64,000 nucleotides of DNA from Sphaerochaetaceae bacterium (GTDB lineage Bacteria > Spirochaetota > Spirochaetia > Sphaerochaetales > Sphaerochaetaceae), in NCBI GenBank assembly GCA_045116915.1, contig JBGUMQ010000035.1, positions 2,242 through 66,241 on the forward strand, written 5' to 3'. The stretch's first letter is position 1; each line of letters begins with the position of its first letter. Of this stretch, positions 25,160-33,048 are shown piece after piece. The notes under the pieces were generated by a model. It was not told where the DNA came from. It was given only the letters and a program-made list of their open reading frames with translations, and searched no databases. A program made the position numbers and the translations under genes.

Positions 25160-25961
25160 CTTCTTCCTCTTTCTCTTCTTCTTTCGATTCTTCTTTCCTG
25201 ATGTACTTTATCATCTCCACATTCGAATGGCATGAAGATTGTACCATATGTTCATACACTGTGTCTCGCAGTTGTTTCTTCTGCTCCCTGGGACTGAGCT
25301 CCGGGTCGGGGAAGAAGGGGCCTTCGATGTAGGTGACCATGCGGGGCTTTTTGCCGAAGCGGCGCTTCTGGTATGTGTTGGTGAAGCAGAACACGGGTGC
25401 GTTCAGCTGCACGGGATAGGCGAACGATGTATCGACGAAGGGCCTGATTCCCGTGTACCAGGGCCAGATGTGGGCCTCGGGATAGATCACGACGGGATGG
25501 CCTTCCTGTATCTTCTTCGCGATGATGTTCTTGAAGTTCTTGAAGGCCGGGATGGTGTCGGGCAGGGGGAGGGCCCCCAGGGCAGGGATGAGTCTGCCGA
25601 AGAACGGGACCATGAGGTTGTTCGGATGGACGACGACATAGTTGGTCCGGGGGTAGGTCAGGCAGGCCTGGAGGAAGGCATCGCCCACAGGCTGGGTGTG
25701 GTTGCCGTAGAGGAAGATGCCCTGTTTCCTGTAGGGTCTTAGTTTCCCGCGCCCCACGGTCCTGCGGTGGAAGGCGATCTGCGAATGGAGCCAGGCGATT
25801 GGGATGATCATTATGCGGTATACGAAAAAGCGCCTGAGTTTTTTCAGGAAGGTGCTGTCGTCATAGTCGTAGTTGCCGTCTATGACCGGAGGGGTGGTTG
25901 TGAATGTGGAGAACTCATCCTTGAGCTCATCTGTATAATATATTACGCGCTGCTCGGCCAT
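25152..25961 (-). CDS. Lysophospholipid/1-acylglycerol-3-phosphate acyltransferase family protein
   Basis: GNHTQPVGD (His-Asp motif with one extra residue), VVIYPEAHIWP, a hydrophobic N-terminal segment and an acidic tail KEESKEEEKEEEDG. Confidence 0.7.
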   Translation of the reverse strand: MAEQRVIYYTDELKDEFSTFTTTPPVIDGNYDYDDSTFLKKLRRFFVYRIMIIPIAWLHSQIAFHRRTVGRGKLRPYRKQGIFLYGNHTQPVGDAFLQACLTYPRTNYVVVHPNNLMVPFFGRLIPALGALPLPDTIPAFKNFKNIIAKKIQEGHPVVIYPEAHIWPWYTGIRPFVDTSFAYPVQLNAPVFCFTNTYQKRRFGKKPRMVTYIEGPFFPDPELSPREQKKQLRDTVYEHMVQSSCHSNVEMIKYIRKEESKEEEKEEEDG

Positions 25962-26076
25962 TCCGGTGAATTAATAGCATATTTTCGTTTCAGTGAACAG
26001 TATGGGCTTTGGCGGGGGCTTGGGGATGTGCAGGAAGGGCGACAAGGGCGACAAAAGCGCAGAAGAATAGGGTGGG

Positions 26077-26108
26077 AAAACAAAAAACCGCTGGAGCGAC
26101 CAGCGGTT
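26077..26108 (-). terminator. Intrinsic terminator after the micro-gene
   Basis: On the minus strand aaccgctgg pairs with ccagcggtt (26086-94 with 26100-08) around a 5-nt loop, followed by UUUUUUGUUUU. Confidence 0.65.
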
Positions 26109-26129
26109 CCAAGATTGCCCGAAGAAGGA

Positions 26130-26219
26130 TTACTTCTTCTTGTGTCTCATCATTCTGAGCTTTTTCTTTCTCTTATGTGTAGCAATCTTATGCTTCTTTC
26201 TTTTTCTTCCACAAGGCAC
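26130..26219 (-). CDS. 29-aa highly basic peptide, bS22 (AURKAIP1/COX24-like) small ribosomal protein candidate
   Basis: GTG start 7 nt after AAGGAG. The peptide is MPCGRKRKKHKIATHKRKKKLRMMRHKKK, and the gene has its own terminator. It is below the ORF-track cutoff. Confidence 0.55.
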   Translation of the reverse strand: MPCGRKRKKHKIATHKRKKKLRMMRHKKK

Positions 26220-26365
26220 TGCAGAACTCCTTATTGTCCCTCGAAAGCAAGGGAGATTTGTAATTACGGCGTCCATTATCATTCGTTTGAACGCAGAAGG
26301 TCAATAGCTGTGGAAGGGTTTTTCGAAAATAATGGGTTCGGATGAAAGTAAAGGCTGTCTCTCAA

Positions 26366-26394
26366 TTGACTTGATTGCCGCTTGGTGATAACTT
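26366..26394 (+). promoter_or_regulatory. Sigma70-like promoter of the rpsF operon
   Basis: TTGACT, 17 nt, then TAACTT with a TG at the extended -10 position. Confidence 0.4.
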
Positions 26395-26451
26395 ATTAGA
26401 GCCTCTTTATCCATCGTTGATGGATCTATACAAGTCCGCAAGGAGGAACCC

Positions 26452-26727
26452 ATGAGAAATTATGAGTTCACTGTCATCTTCGACGCAAACGAAGAGAAGA
26501 CAGCAAAGGGCATGGAATTCGTGTCCAAAGCATTAGCCGGTGCCGGCGCAACAATCGCCAAGCAGGAAGACATGGGCGTAAGGAATCTCGCCTACATGAT
26601 CAAGAAACAGGACAAAGGCCATTATTACTACTTTGAGATCGAGGCCGATCCTCAGAGCATTAATGCCGTCGCAGCAGAGCTGCTGCTGCAGGGAGAAATC
26701 CTCAAGCACCTGTTCGTAGCCAAGTAA
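26452..26727 (+). CDS. rpsF: 30S ribosomal protein S6
   Basis: MRNYEFTVIFDANEEK...GVRNLAYMIKKQDKGHYYYF is the canonical bS6 sequence. AAGGAGG lies upstream. Confidence 0.95.
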   Translation: MRNYEFTVIFDANEEKTAKGMEFVSKALAGAGATIAKQEDMGVRNLAYMIKKQDKGHYYYFEIEADPQSINAVAAELLLQGEILKHLFVAK

Positions 26728-26757
26728 GACCACACGCAAACAGAAGGGGAGTGAACA

Positions 26758-27207
26758 ATGGCAGTAGACATCAATGTCGTAGTGTTGGTAGGTCGTCTCA
26801 CAAGGGACTGTGAGCTGAAATCGACTCCGCAGGGGACTTCGGTATGCCGCTTCTCCATCGCCGTCAACAGAAGGAAGAGGACTGGTGACAGGTGGGAGGA
26901 CGAGGTGAGCTACTTCGATGTCGTTCTCTGGGGAAGGTCGGCGGAGACTCTCACACCGTATCTCCAGAAAGGACGCCAGGTCTCCGTCGAGGGAGAGCTG
27001 AGGCAGAACCGCTGGGAACAGGACGGCAAGACCAATTCCAAGGTTGAGGTCGTGGCCAACAACGTCCAGCTTCTGGGTGGTGGAAATCAGGGTGCCCCGA
27101 CTCCGGGTCCGGGCTCACGTCCTGATTCCAGGGTTGATCAGAGCGCACCGAATCCCGGTCCCACAGGTCCGGAGGCATTCGATGACGGCGACGACATCCC
27201 GTTTTGA
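26758..27207 (+). CDS. ssb: Single-stranded DNA-binding protein
   Basis: An OB fold ([34 protein letters not shown]), a Gly/Pro-rich linker and the acidic tip DDIPF. Confidence 0.95.
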   Translation: MAVDINVVVLVGRLTRDCELKSTPQGTSVCRFSIAVNRRKRTGDRWEDEVSYFDVVLWGRSAETLTPYLQKGRQVSVEGELRQNRWEQDGKTNSKVEVVANNVQLLGGGNQGAPTPGPGSRPDSRVDQSAPNPGPTGPEAFDDGDDIPF

Positions 27208-27227
27208 TTGATTTAGGAGATTTGATT

Positions 27228-27515
27228 ATGCCGATGCATGACGAGAAAGAAACAATGAACGCTGAGGCTGGAAGCTTCAGGGACAAGAAGATGGGCGGAA
27301 AGCGCACCACTTTCAAGAAGAAGGTCTGTAAGTTCTGTGCTCAGAAGATCGAGCCGGATTACAAGAACCCCGATATGCTCAGACGCTGCACGACCGAGCG
27401 CGGCAAGATCCTTCCTGCCCGCATCACCGGAACATGCGCCAAGCACCAGAGGGCACTGACCCAGGAGATCAAGAGGGCCAGAGTCCTTGCCTACCTGCCG
27501 TTCGACAAGCAGTAA
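27228..27515 (+). CDS. rpsR: 30S ribosomal protein S18
   Basis: [56 protein letters not shown]. The ATG at 27228 follows AGGAG. Confidence 0.9.
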   Translation: MPMHDEKETMNAEAGSFRDKKMGGKRTTFKKKVCKFCAQKIEPDYKNPDMLRRCTTERGKILPARITGTCAKHQRALTQEIKRARVLAYLPFDKQ

Positions 27516-27526
27516 GGGTCCGACAG

Positions 27527-28459
27527 GTGGAGCAGACTGAGGACAGGACGGCGATAAGGAACCTGATACTCGGAGTCCTGCTCGGCGTGATTCTCTCGAG
27601 ATTCTCGCTGGGCTCGGTCTTCATGACGGTTCCCGTGCTCCTGGCATGCCCGAAGGCAAGAAGGGCATCGACCAGGGCGCTGGCGTTCGCCGCCATGTTG
27701 CTCGCCGTGGTGGTCTGGACCGTCATAGAGAACAGGAAGATCCTGGGAACGGAATACTGGCCTGTTCTCCTGGTGAGCCTATACCTTCCGGTGGGCAGCA
27801 TAACCGGTTCCGCCGTATGGGCGGTGGGAGCCGACTACAGCAGTTCATCCATCAGGAAGTTCTTCTGGGCCTGCATCCCCGTTTTCGCAATGGGTCTGGC
27901 GATGTCGCTGTACTTCGCATCGGACTCGTCGCAGACGGTGAGGATGGCCTTGGCGGAGGGAATGCTCTATTATTTCCCTGCGGAATACCTGAATGTGGAC
28001 ATCACATCGCTGATAAACACGGTGATGGACATGATGATGCTGTTCTTCGCTCCGCTGGGGATCGTCCTCCTGGCATTGCCGGTCGTGACCGCTGACATAA
28101 ACGTCAACAGGTACGACGAGCAGTGGCAGTACGACTTCGCCAACATGAAGCTTCCGGATCCGTACGTATGGGTGTTCTTCGCATCCTGGGCGGCGGCTCT
28201 TCTGAGCTTTGCCGTCAAGTCGGTCCCCTCGTGGGCACTGGCGGTGTGCTGGAACGTCGCCCTGACGGTCTCCGTGCTGTACGGGATCGTGGGTCTGTCG
28301 ATAGTCGTGGCTTTCGCCCGGCGCAGGACGGCCGCCCTTACGGTGGGAAGGATCGTGGTACTGCTGGTCCTGGTCTGCTTCATTCCGTTCCTGAACATGG
28401 TCGTGCTCGCCGGCCTCGTCCTTCTGGGCGTGCTGGAGACATGGTTCCGGTTCAGGTAA
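27527..28459 (+). CDS. Polytopic membrane protein, YybS/DUF2232-like (conserved position between rpsR and rplI)
   Basis: About 310 aa with multiple hydrophobic helices. B. subtilis yybS occupies the same syntenic slot. The start codon is uncertain (GTG at 27527 proposed). Confidence 0.45.
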   Translation: MEQTEDRTAIRNLILGVLLGVILSRFSLGSVFMTVPVLLACPKARRASTRALAFAAMLLAVVVWTVIENRKILGTEYWPVLLVSLYLPVGSITGSAVWAVGADYSSSSIRKFFWACIPVFAMGLAMSLYFASDSSQTVRMALAEGMLYYFPAEYLNVDITSLINTVMDMMMLFFAPLGIVLLALPVVTADINVNRYDEQWQYDFANMKLPDPYVWVFFASWAAALLSFAVKSVPSWALAVCWNVALTVSVLYGIVGLSIVVAFARRRTAALTVGRIVVLLVLVCFIPFLNMVVLAGLVLLGVLETWFRFR

Positions 28460-28494
28460 TCAGTTTTCGACTATACTTTTAAAGGAGTATTCAT

Positions 28495-29109
28495 ATGAAG
28501 ATCATTTTGAATCAGGACGTACCTAACCTCGGAGAAGAGGGAGATGTCTGTGTGGTCAAGGATGGCTATGCTCGTAACTATCTGTTGCCAACTGGTGCGG
28601 CGGTACTGTACAACAACGAGAATCTGTCCGTTTTCAAGAGCAGGGCAGCTGCCATTGAAAAGAGAAAGATAGCCAAGCGCGAGGCGTCGGCTTCCCTCAA
28701 GGGCCAGCTCGACCAGGTCACGCTCAAGCTCATCGTGTCGGCAAGCGACACGGGCCGCCTGTTCGGTTCCGTCACCTCCCTGATGATCCAGGAAGAGCTT
28801 GCAAAGCTCGGATACAACATCGAGCGCAAGAGAATCGAGGTCGCATCGCACACGATCAAGCAGGTCGGCAACTACACCGCAAGGATCCACCTCTATGAGA
28901 ACGCTTCTTCCGTGATCAAGCTCGAGGTTGTCAGCGAGGCCGAGCAGAAGGCCGCCGAGAGGGCAGCAGCCAAGGCCGCGAAGGAAGCCGAGGAAGCAGC
29001 AGCCAAGGCAGCCAAGGAGGCCGCAGAGGCCGCCGCAGCCGCTGAGGCGGCAGCCGCAGCAGAGGCAGCTCCCGCTGAGGAAGAGGCTCCTGCAGCAGAA
29101 GAGAACTGA
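28495..29109 (+). CDS. rplI: 50S ribosomal protein L9 with a roughly 55-aa Ala/Glu/Lys-rich C-terminal extension
   Basis: MKIILNQDVPNLGEEGDVCVVKDGYARNYLLP is the canonical bL9 N-terminus. The 204-aa length is well above the usual ~150 aa. Confidence 0.93.
   Translation: MKIILNQDVPNLGEEGDVCVVKDGYARNYLLPTGAAVLYNNENLSVFKSRAAAIEKRKIAKREASASLKGQLDQVTLKLIVSASDTGRLFGSVTSLMIQEELAKLGYNIERKRIEVASHTIKQVGNYTARIHLYENASSVIKLEVVSEAEQKAAERAAAKAAKEAEEAAAKAAKEAAEAAAAAEAAAAAEAAPAEEEAPAAEEN
28963..29028 (+). repeat. In-frame 33-nt tandem duplication inside the rplI tail (AAAKAAKEAEE / AAAKAAKEAAE)
   Basis: 28963-28995 and 28996-29028 differ at a few positions. Confidence 0.8.
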
Positions 29110-29130
29110 GGAAGGTTTCTTTTCCAACCG

Positions 29131-29160
29131 GTCCGCTCCACACGGGGCGGGCTGTTTTTT
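29131..29160 (+). terminator. Hairpin plus T6 between rplI and dnaB (possible attenuating terminator)
   Basis: gtccgc (29131-36) pairs with gcgggc (29147-52), including one G-U pair, followed by tgTTTTTT. Confidence 0.4.
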
Positions 29161-29174
29161 CCAAGGAGACGTTT

Positions 29175-30590
29175 ATGCCGGACAACGCTAGGCTTACAGC
29201 CGACAAGCAGATAGGAAGATTGCCGCCGCACAACGACGATGCGGAAGTGGCCCTGCTCGGATCGGTCCTTCTCAGGAAGAAGGCCCTGGACGAGGTGCAG
29301 AGCATGCTTTCCAGCGATGATTTCTATCAGCCCGCCCATAAACTGATCTGGGAGGCGATCAACGGCCTGCGCAACGACAGGCCGGGCGTCGTCATCGACT
29401 ACGTGTCCCTGACGCAGTACATGAACCAGAAGGGGACACTCAGCGGTGCAGGCGGCGCGGCGTACATCGCGGACCTGACCAACAGGGTCCCGACATCAAC
29501 GAACGCCGTCTACTACGCGGAGATCATCCGCACCGCATCCATGAAGCGCCAGCTGTTCGAGCTTTCGATCAGGATAGGCGACAAGGCGTTCGACGAGTCG
29601 TCCGACATCCAGGAGTCGATAGACGAGCTGGACAGCGCCCTCTCCTATCTGGGAACCGGCGTCGGGACAGGGACGTACGAGGATGCCGAACGCCTCATCG
29701 GCGAGGTCGTGGACAATGTCCATGACATCATGGAAGGCAAGATGGAGATCGGAGTATCCTCCGGTTTCAAAATTCTGGACAAGTACATCGGCGGCTTCAA
29801 GCCCAGCGACCTGGTCATAATCGCCGCACGTCCGTCGGTCGGAAAGACGGCCCTGGCGCTGTCGATCGCCGTCAACATGGCGTTCGGCCGCAAGCCTGTG
29901 CCGGTGGGGTTCTTCTCCCTGGAGATGAGCGGCGCCACGCTGATCGAGCGTATCATCGCAAACAAGGGCCAGATCAACCTCATGAGCCTGCGCAACGGCA
30001 AGATCGATGCCGAGACGAACGCGCGCATGATGACCACGGCCGAGAACCTGTACGAGAACGCATCGAACCTTCTGATCCAGGATACGCCGAACCTCAAGCT
30101 GCTTGAGATCTGCTCGCAGGCCAGGAGGATGGTGCGCGACAACAACGTCAAGGCCATCTTCATAGACTACATCGGTCTTGTCGAGTACAGCAGCAACACA
30201 CGCGAGCTTCCGAGACACGAGCAGGTGTCCCGCATCTCCAGGGCCCTGAAGCAGCTGGCCAGGGAGCTGAACGTCCCGGTCATCTGTCTCTGTCAGGTCA
30301 ACAGAGAGGGCGGAAAGGACCGCGGACCCATCCTCGCGGACCTGAGGGACTCCGGTTCGATCGAGCAGGATGCAGACCTTGTGATTCTGCTGGACGACCC
30401 GTCCAAGCGTCTGGATGAGAGCGGAAAGGCCAATTACGACGAGGAGAACGCGGAGAACGCCGATTTCTCCGGCGTCAGGGCACGCCCGCTGAAGGTCATC
30501 ATCGCCAAGCAGAGGAACGGAAGCACAGGCGCGTTCAACCTCAATTTCATTTCCGATTACGCGTGTTTCAAGGAAATCGAGAAGTTCTGA
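29175..30590 (+). CDS. dnaB: Replicative DNA helicase
   Basis: LPPHNDDAEVALLGSVL, Walker A AARPSVGKTALAL, and the RecA-like C-terminus with SGSIEQDADLVILL. Confidence 0.95.
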   Translation: MPDNARLTADKQIGRLPPHNDDAEVALLGSVLLRKKALDEVQSMLSSDDFYQPAHKLIWEAINGLRNDRPGVVIDYVSLTQYMNQKGTLSGAGGAAYIADLTNRVPTSTNAVYYAEIIRTASMKRQLFELSIRIGDKAFDESSDIQESIDELDSALSYLGTGVGTGTYEDAERLIGEVVDNVHDIMEGKMEIGVSSGFKILDKYIGGFKPSDLVIIAARPSVGKTALALSIAVNMAFGRKPVPVGFFSLEMSGATLIERIIANKGQINLMSLRNGKIDAETNARMMTTAENLYENASNLLIQDTPNLKLLEICSQARRMVRDNNVKAIFIDYIGLVEYSSNTRELPRHEQVSRISRALKQLARELNVPVICLCQVNREGGKDRGPILADLRDSGSIEQDADLVILLDDPSKRLDESGKANYDEENAENADFSGVRARPLKVIIAKQRNGSTGAFNLNFISDYACFKEIEKF

Positions 30591-31925
30591 TCATCCCGCG
30601 AACGACAGCAGGATGAGGGCTCCGAAAATCATTATCGTCCCCACTATCTGAAGGATGAGGTACATCCTGGGATGGAACGTCCTTCCGGTGACAAGCTCGG
30701 CCAGGCTGACCAGTATCAGGCCTCCGTCCAGCGCCGGTACCGGCAGGAGGTTGGCCACGGCAAGCGAGATGCTCACGCTGGCCATCAGGAAGAGGACTAT
30801 CCTTATGCCGCTGTTGAAGCCGTGCGCGAAGCCGCTTGTCGTCAGCATGCCTATGCTCTGTGAGGCCGCGAACGCACCTCCTAGGGTCTCGGAGGCATCT
30901 TCTCTCCCTCTTATGACATTGAAAAGGGACACAACCGACTGCCTGAAGTTGGAGAAGCATTCCCTGACGGACATGAAGAGCGCCCTGAAGAAGTTGATGC
31001 CGGCTATCGTGATCGTCGGCTGCTCCAGCGTGAAGTTCAGGCTTGTGCCGGTGTTTTCGAACGACAGGACGACCGTGTCCCTGCCGCGCACGACCGTCAT
31101 CGTGATCTCGTCGTGGAGAACGGCGGCCTCGATGAGGTCCATCATGTTTGTGACGTTCTTGCCGTTGACGGATGTGATGACATCGCCCGACCTTAGCCCT
31201 GCCTTCTTCTCCGGGGTGTCTGAATCCACATGTCCGACAACAGGGTCCAGATACGGCAGCACTCCGAACACACCGTCATGGGGTGTGACAGTGAATGTCC
31301 CCCTGTCCGTGACGACGGTGACAGAAGCATCGTCCTTGTGCGCGGAGAGGAGGGCCTGGATCTCGGAGTAGTTTGACACTGCGGTTCCGGCGACCGAGAT
31401 TATCGTGTCTCCTGTGACGAGCCCGGCTTCCGAGGCCGCGTTGGACTGCACGCCGTAGAGGGCGGGGTAATCGCTTGAGACGGCGATCCTGGGCGGGTAG
31501 GTCGACACTATGGTCGGTATGGTCATGAGGATTGCATAGCAGAGGAATGCGAAGATGATGTTGGCCAGCGGGCCGGCAAGGTACGCGATGATGCGTTTCA
31601 GGGGTCCGACGGACCAGATGGAGCCGTCCTCGCAGCTTTCGATGTGCTTCTTCTTCTGCGCTATGGCGTTCTGGAGGTCGTCGCCTCCGCTCATCTTGCA
31701 GGAACCGCCGAAGGGGATTGCCCTGATGACGTATCTTGTGCCTGTCCTGCCGTACCATTTGAAGAGCGCGGGGCCGAATCCGAAGTTCAGGGCCTCGACG
31801 TCTATGCCGCAGGCCCTGGCGGCGGACATGTGTCCGAGCTCATGGACCAGGATCATGACGCTGATGCCCAGGAATCCTATGAGGATGGAGAATATCCAGG
31901 ACCAGGTAAGCTGGAAGCCCGCCAT
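30591..31925 (-). CDS. rseP: RIP (site-2) zinc metalloprotease RseP
   Basis: HELGH in the first TM segment (ILVHELGHMSAARACG), PDZ segments and a C-terminal LPVPALDGG motif. The start at 31925 (MAGFQL..) is used and the upstream 53 codons are rejected. Confidence 0.88.
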   Translation of the reverse strand: MAGFQLTWSWIFSILIGFLGISVMILVHELGHMSAARACGIDVEALNFGFGPALFKWYGRTGTRYVIRAIPFGGSCKMSGGDDLQNAIAQKKKHIESCEDGSIWSVGPLKRIIAYLAGPLANIIFAFLCYAILMTIPTIVSTYPPRIAVSSDYPALYGVQSNAASEAGLVTGDTIISVAGTAVSNYSEIQALLSAHKDDASVTVVTDRGTFTVTPHDGVFGVLPYLDPVVGHVDSDTPEKKAGLRSGDVITSVNGKNVTNMMDLIEAAVLHDEITMTVVRGRDTVVLSFENTGTSLNFTLEQPTITIAGINFFRALFMSVRECFSNFRQSVVSLFNVIRGREDASETLGGAFAASQSIGMLTTSGFAHGFNSGIRIVLFLMASVSISLAVANLLPVPALDGGLILVSLAELVTGRTFHPRMYLILQIVGTIMIFGALILLSFAG

Positions 31926-31926
31926 C

Positions 31927-33048
31927 TCAGTTCCTTTCCATCCTGAGGATGACGTCGGCCTGAACGTCAAGGATGTCCTGCAGGCATGACGGGGTGAAAC
32001 TCCAGTCTCTGTCCAGCATTTCCCTGACAAGACCGTGTATGCGGGTGTAGGGGACCAGCCCCTTGCGGAAGCGGTCCACGGCAACCTCGTTGGCGGTGTT
32101 GTAGACTATGGGGTAGGAGCCCTCGAGCCTGACGCATTCGAACGCATCGGGCACGAACGGGAACCTGACGGGGTCCAGTGAACGGAACGTGAGGTCCAGA
32201 TTCGTGAAATCCAGCGCCTTGCCGACCTGTCTGTCGACGGTGGGCCAGAGAAGGGCCCTCATTATCGGGAAAACCATGTCCGGCGGAGACATCTGGGCGT
32301 AGACCTGGCCGCTTCTTGTCCTGACCATGGAGTGCACCACGCTCTGCGGATGGATGACGACCTCGATGTGGTCCGCATCGAATCCGAACAGGTAGTGCGC
32401 CTCTATGACCTCGAGGCCCTTGTTGGCCAACGTGGACGAGTCGATGGATATCTTGGGTCCCATGTTCCACGTGGGGTGGTTGGCCGCGACCTCGGGCGTT
32501 ATGGAATCGAGCTCTTCGATCGGCCTGTTGCGGAACGGACCGCCGCTTGCGGTTATGACCAGTTTGTCAACATTGTCTTTCCCGCAGTCGAGGATCAGTT
32601 CGTCTATGGCGCTGTGCTCGCTGTCCACGGGGATGATCCGCACGCCGCACCTGCGGGCCTTGTCGAAAAGAAGGTTCCCGCCCATGACGACGGATTCCTT
32701 GTTGGCCAGGGCAAGGTCGCTTCCGGCCTCCATCACGGTGAACGAGGCCTCCAGTCCCGGGGAACCTGCGATCCCGTTCAGGACCATGTCCGCCTTCACG
32801 GCCTGAAGCATGTCCTTCAGCGATGTCCAGATGCGTACTGTGCTGTCCTGGGGGATCTCCGTTACGGGGACGGAGGATGTGATGCAGAGGTTGGGGATGT
32901 TGTTCCGCATGCAGAGATCCAGGGCCTCGCGGATCCTGCTGTTGCAGGAGGCGCTGACGATGCTGATCCTGTCGGTGAACTGCGATATCCCGCGCAGTGC
33001 GGTTGTCCCTATGCTTCCGGTTATCCCGAGTATGGATACGGTTCTCAC
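31927..33048 (-). CDS. dxr: 1-deoxy-D-xylulose 5-phosphate reductoisomerase
   Basis: (V)RTVSILGITGSIGTTAL NADPH motif, DSEHSAI and NKGLEVIEAH. The GTG start overlaps the cdsA stop. Confidence 0.9.
   Translation of the reverse strand: MRTVSILGITGSIGTTALRGISQFTDRISIVSASCNSRIREALDLCMRNNIPNLCITSSVPVTEIPQDSTVRIWTSLKDMLQAVKADMVLNGIAGSPGLEASFTVMEAGSDLALANKESVVMGGNLLFDKARRCGVRIIPVDSEHSAIDELILDCGKDNVDKLVITASGGPFRNRPIEELDSITPEVAANHPTWNMGPKISIDSSTLANKGLEVIEAHYLFGFDADHIEVVIHPQSVVHSMVRTRSGQVYAQMSPPDMVFPIMRALLWPTVDRQVGKALDFTNLDLTFRSLDPVRFPFVPDAFECVRLEGSYPIVYNTANEVAVDRFRKGLVPYTRIHGLVREMLDRDWSFTPSCLQDILDVQADVILRMERN

Noticed and set aside
28963-29028. A 33-nt tandem repeat considered as a CRISPR-like or VNTR element.
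   Set aside because: There are only two copies, both in frame inside rplI, encoding an Ala/Lys/Glu low-complexity tail. There is no spacer structure.
29175-30590. A possible intein or insertion in dnaB.
   Set aside because: The length (471 aa) and the contiguous helicase motifs are normal. There is no extra domain.
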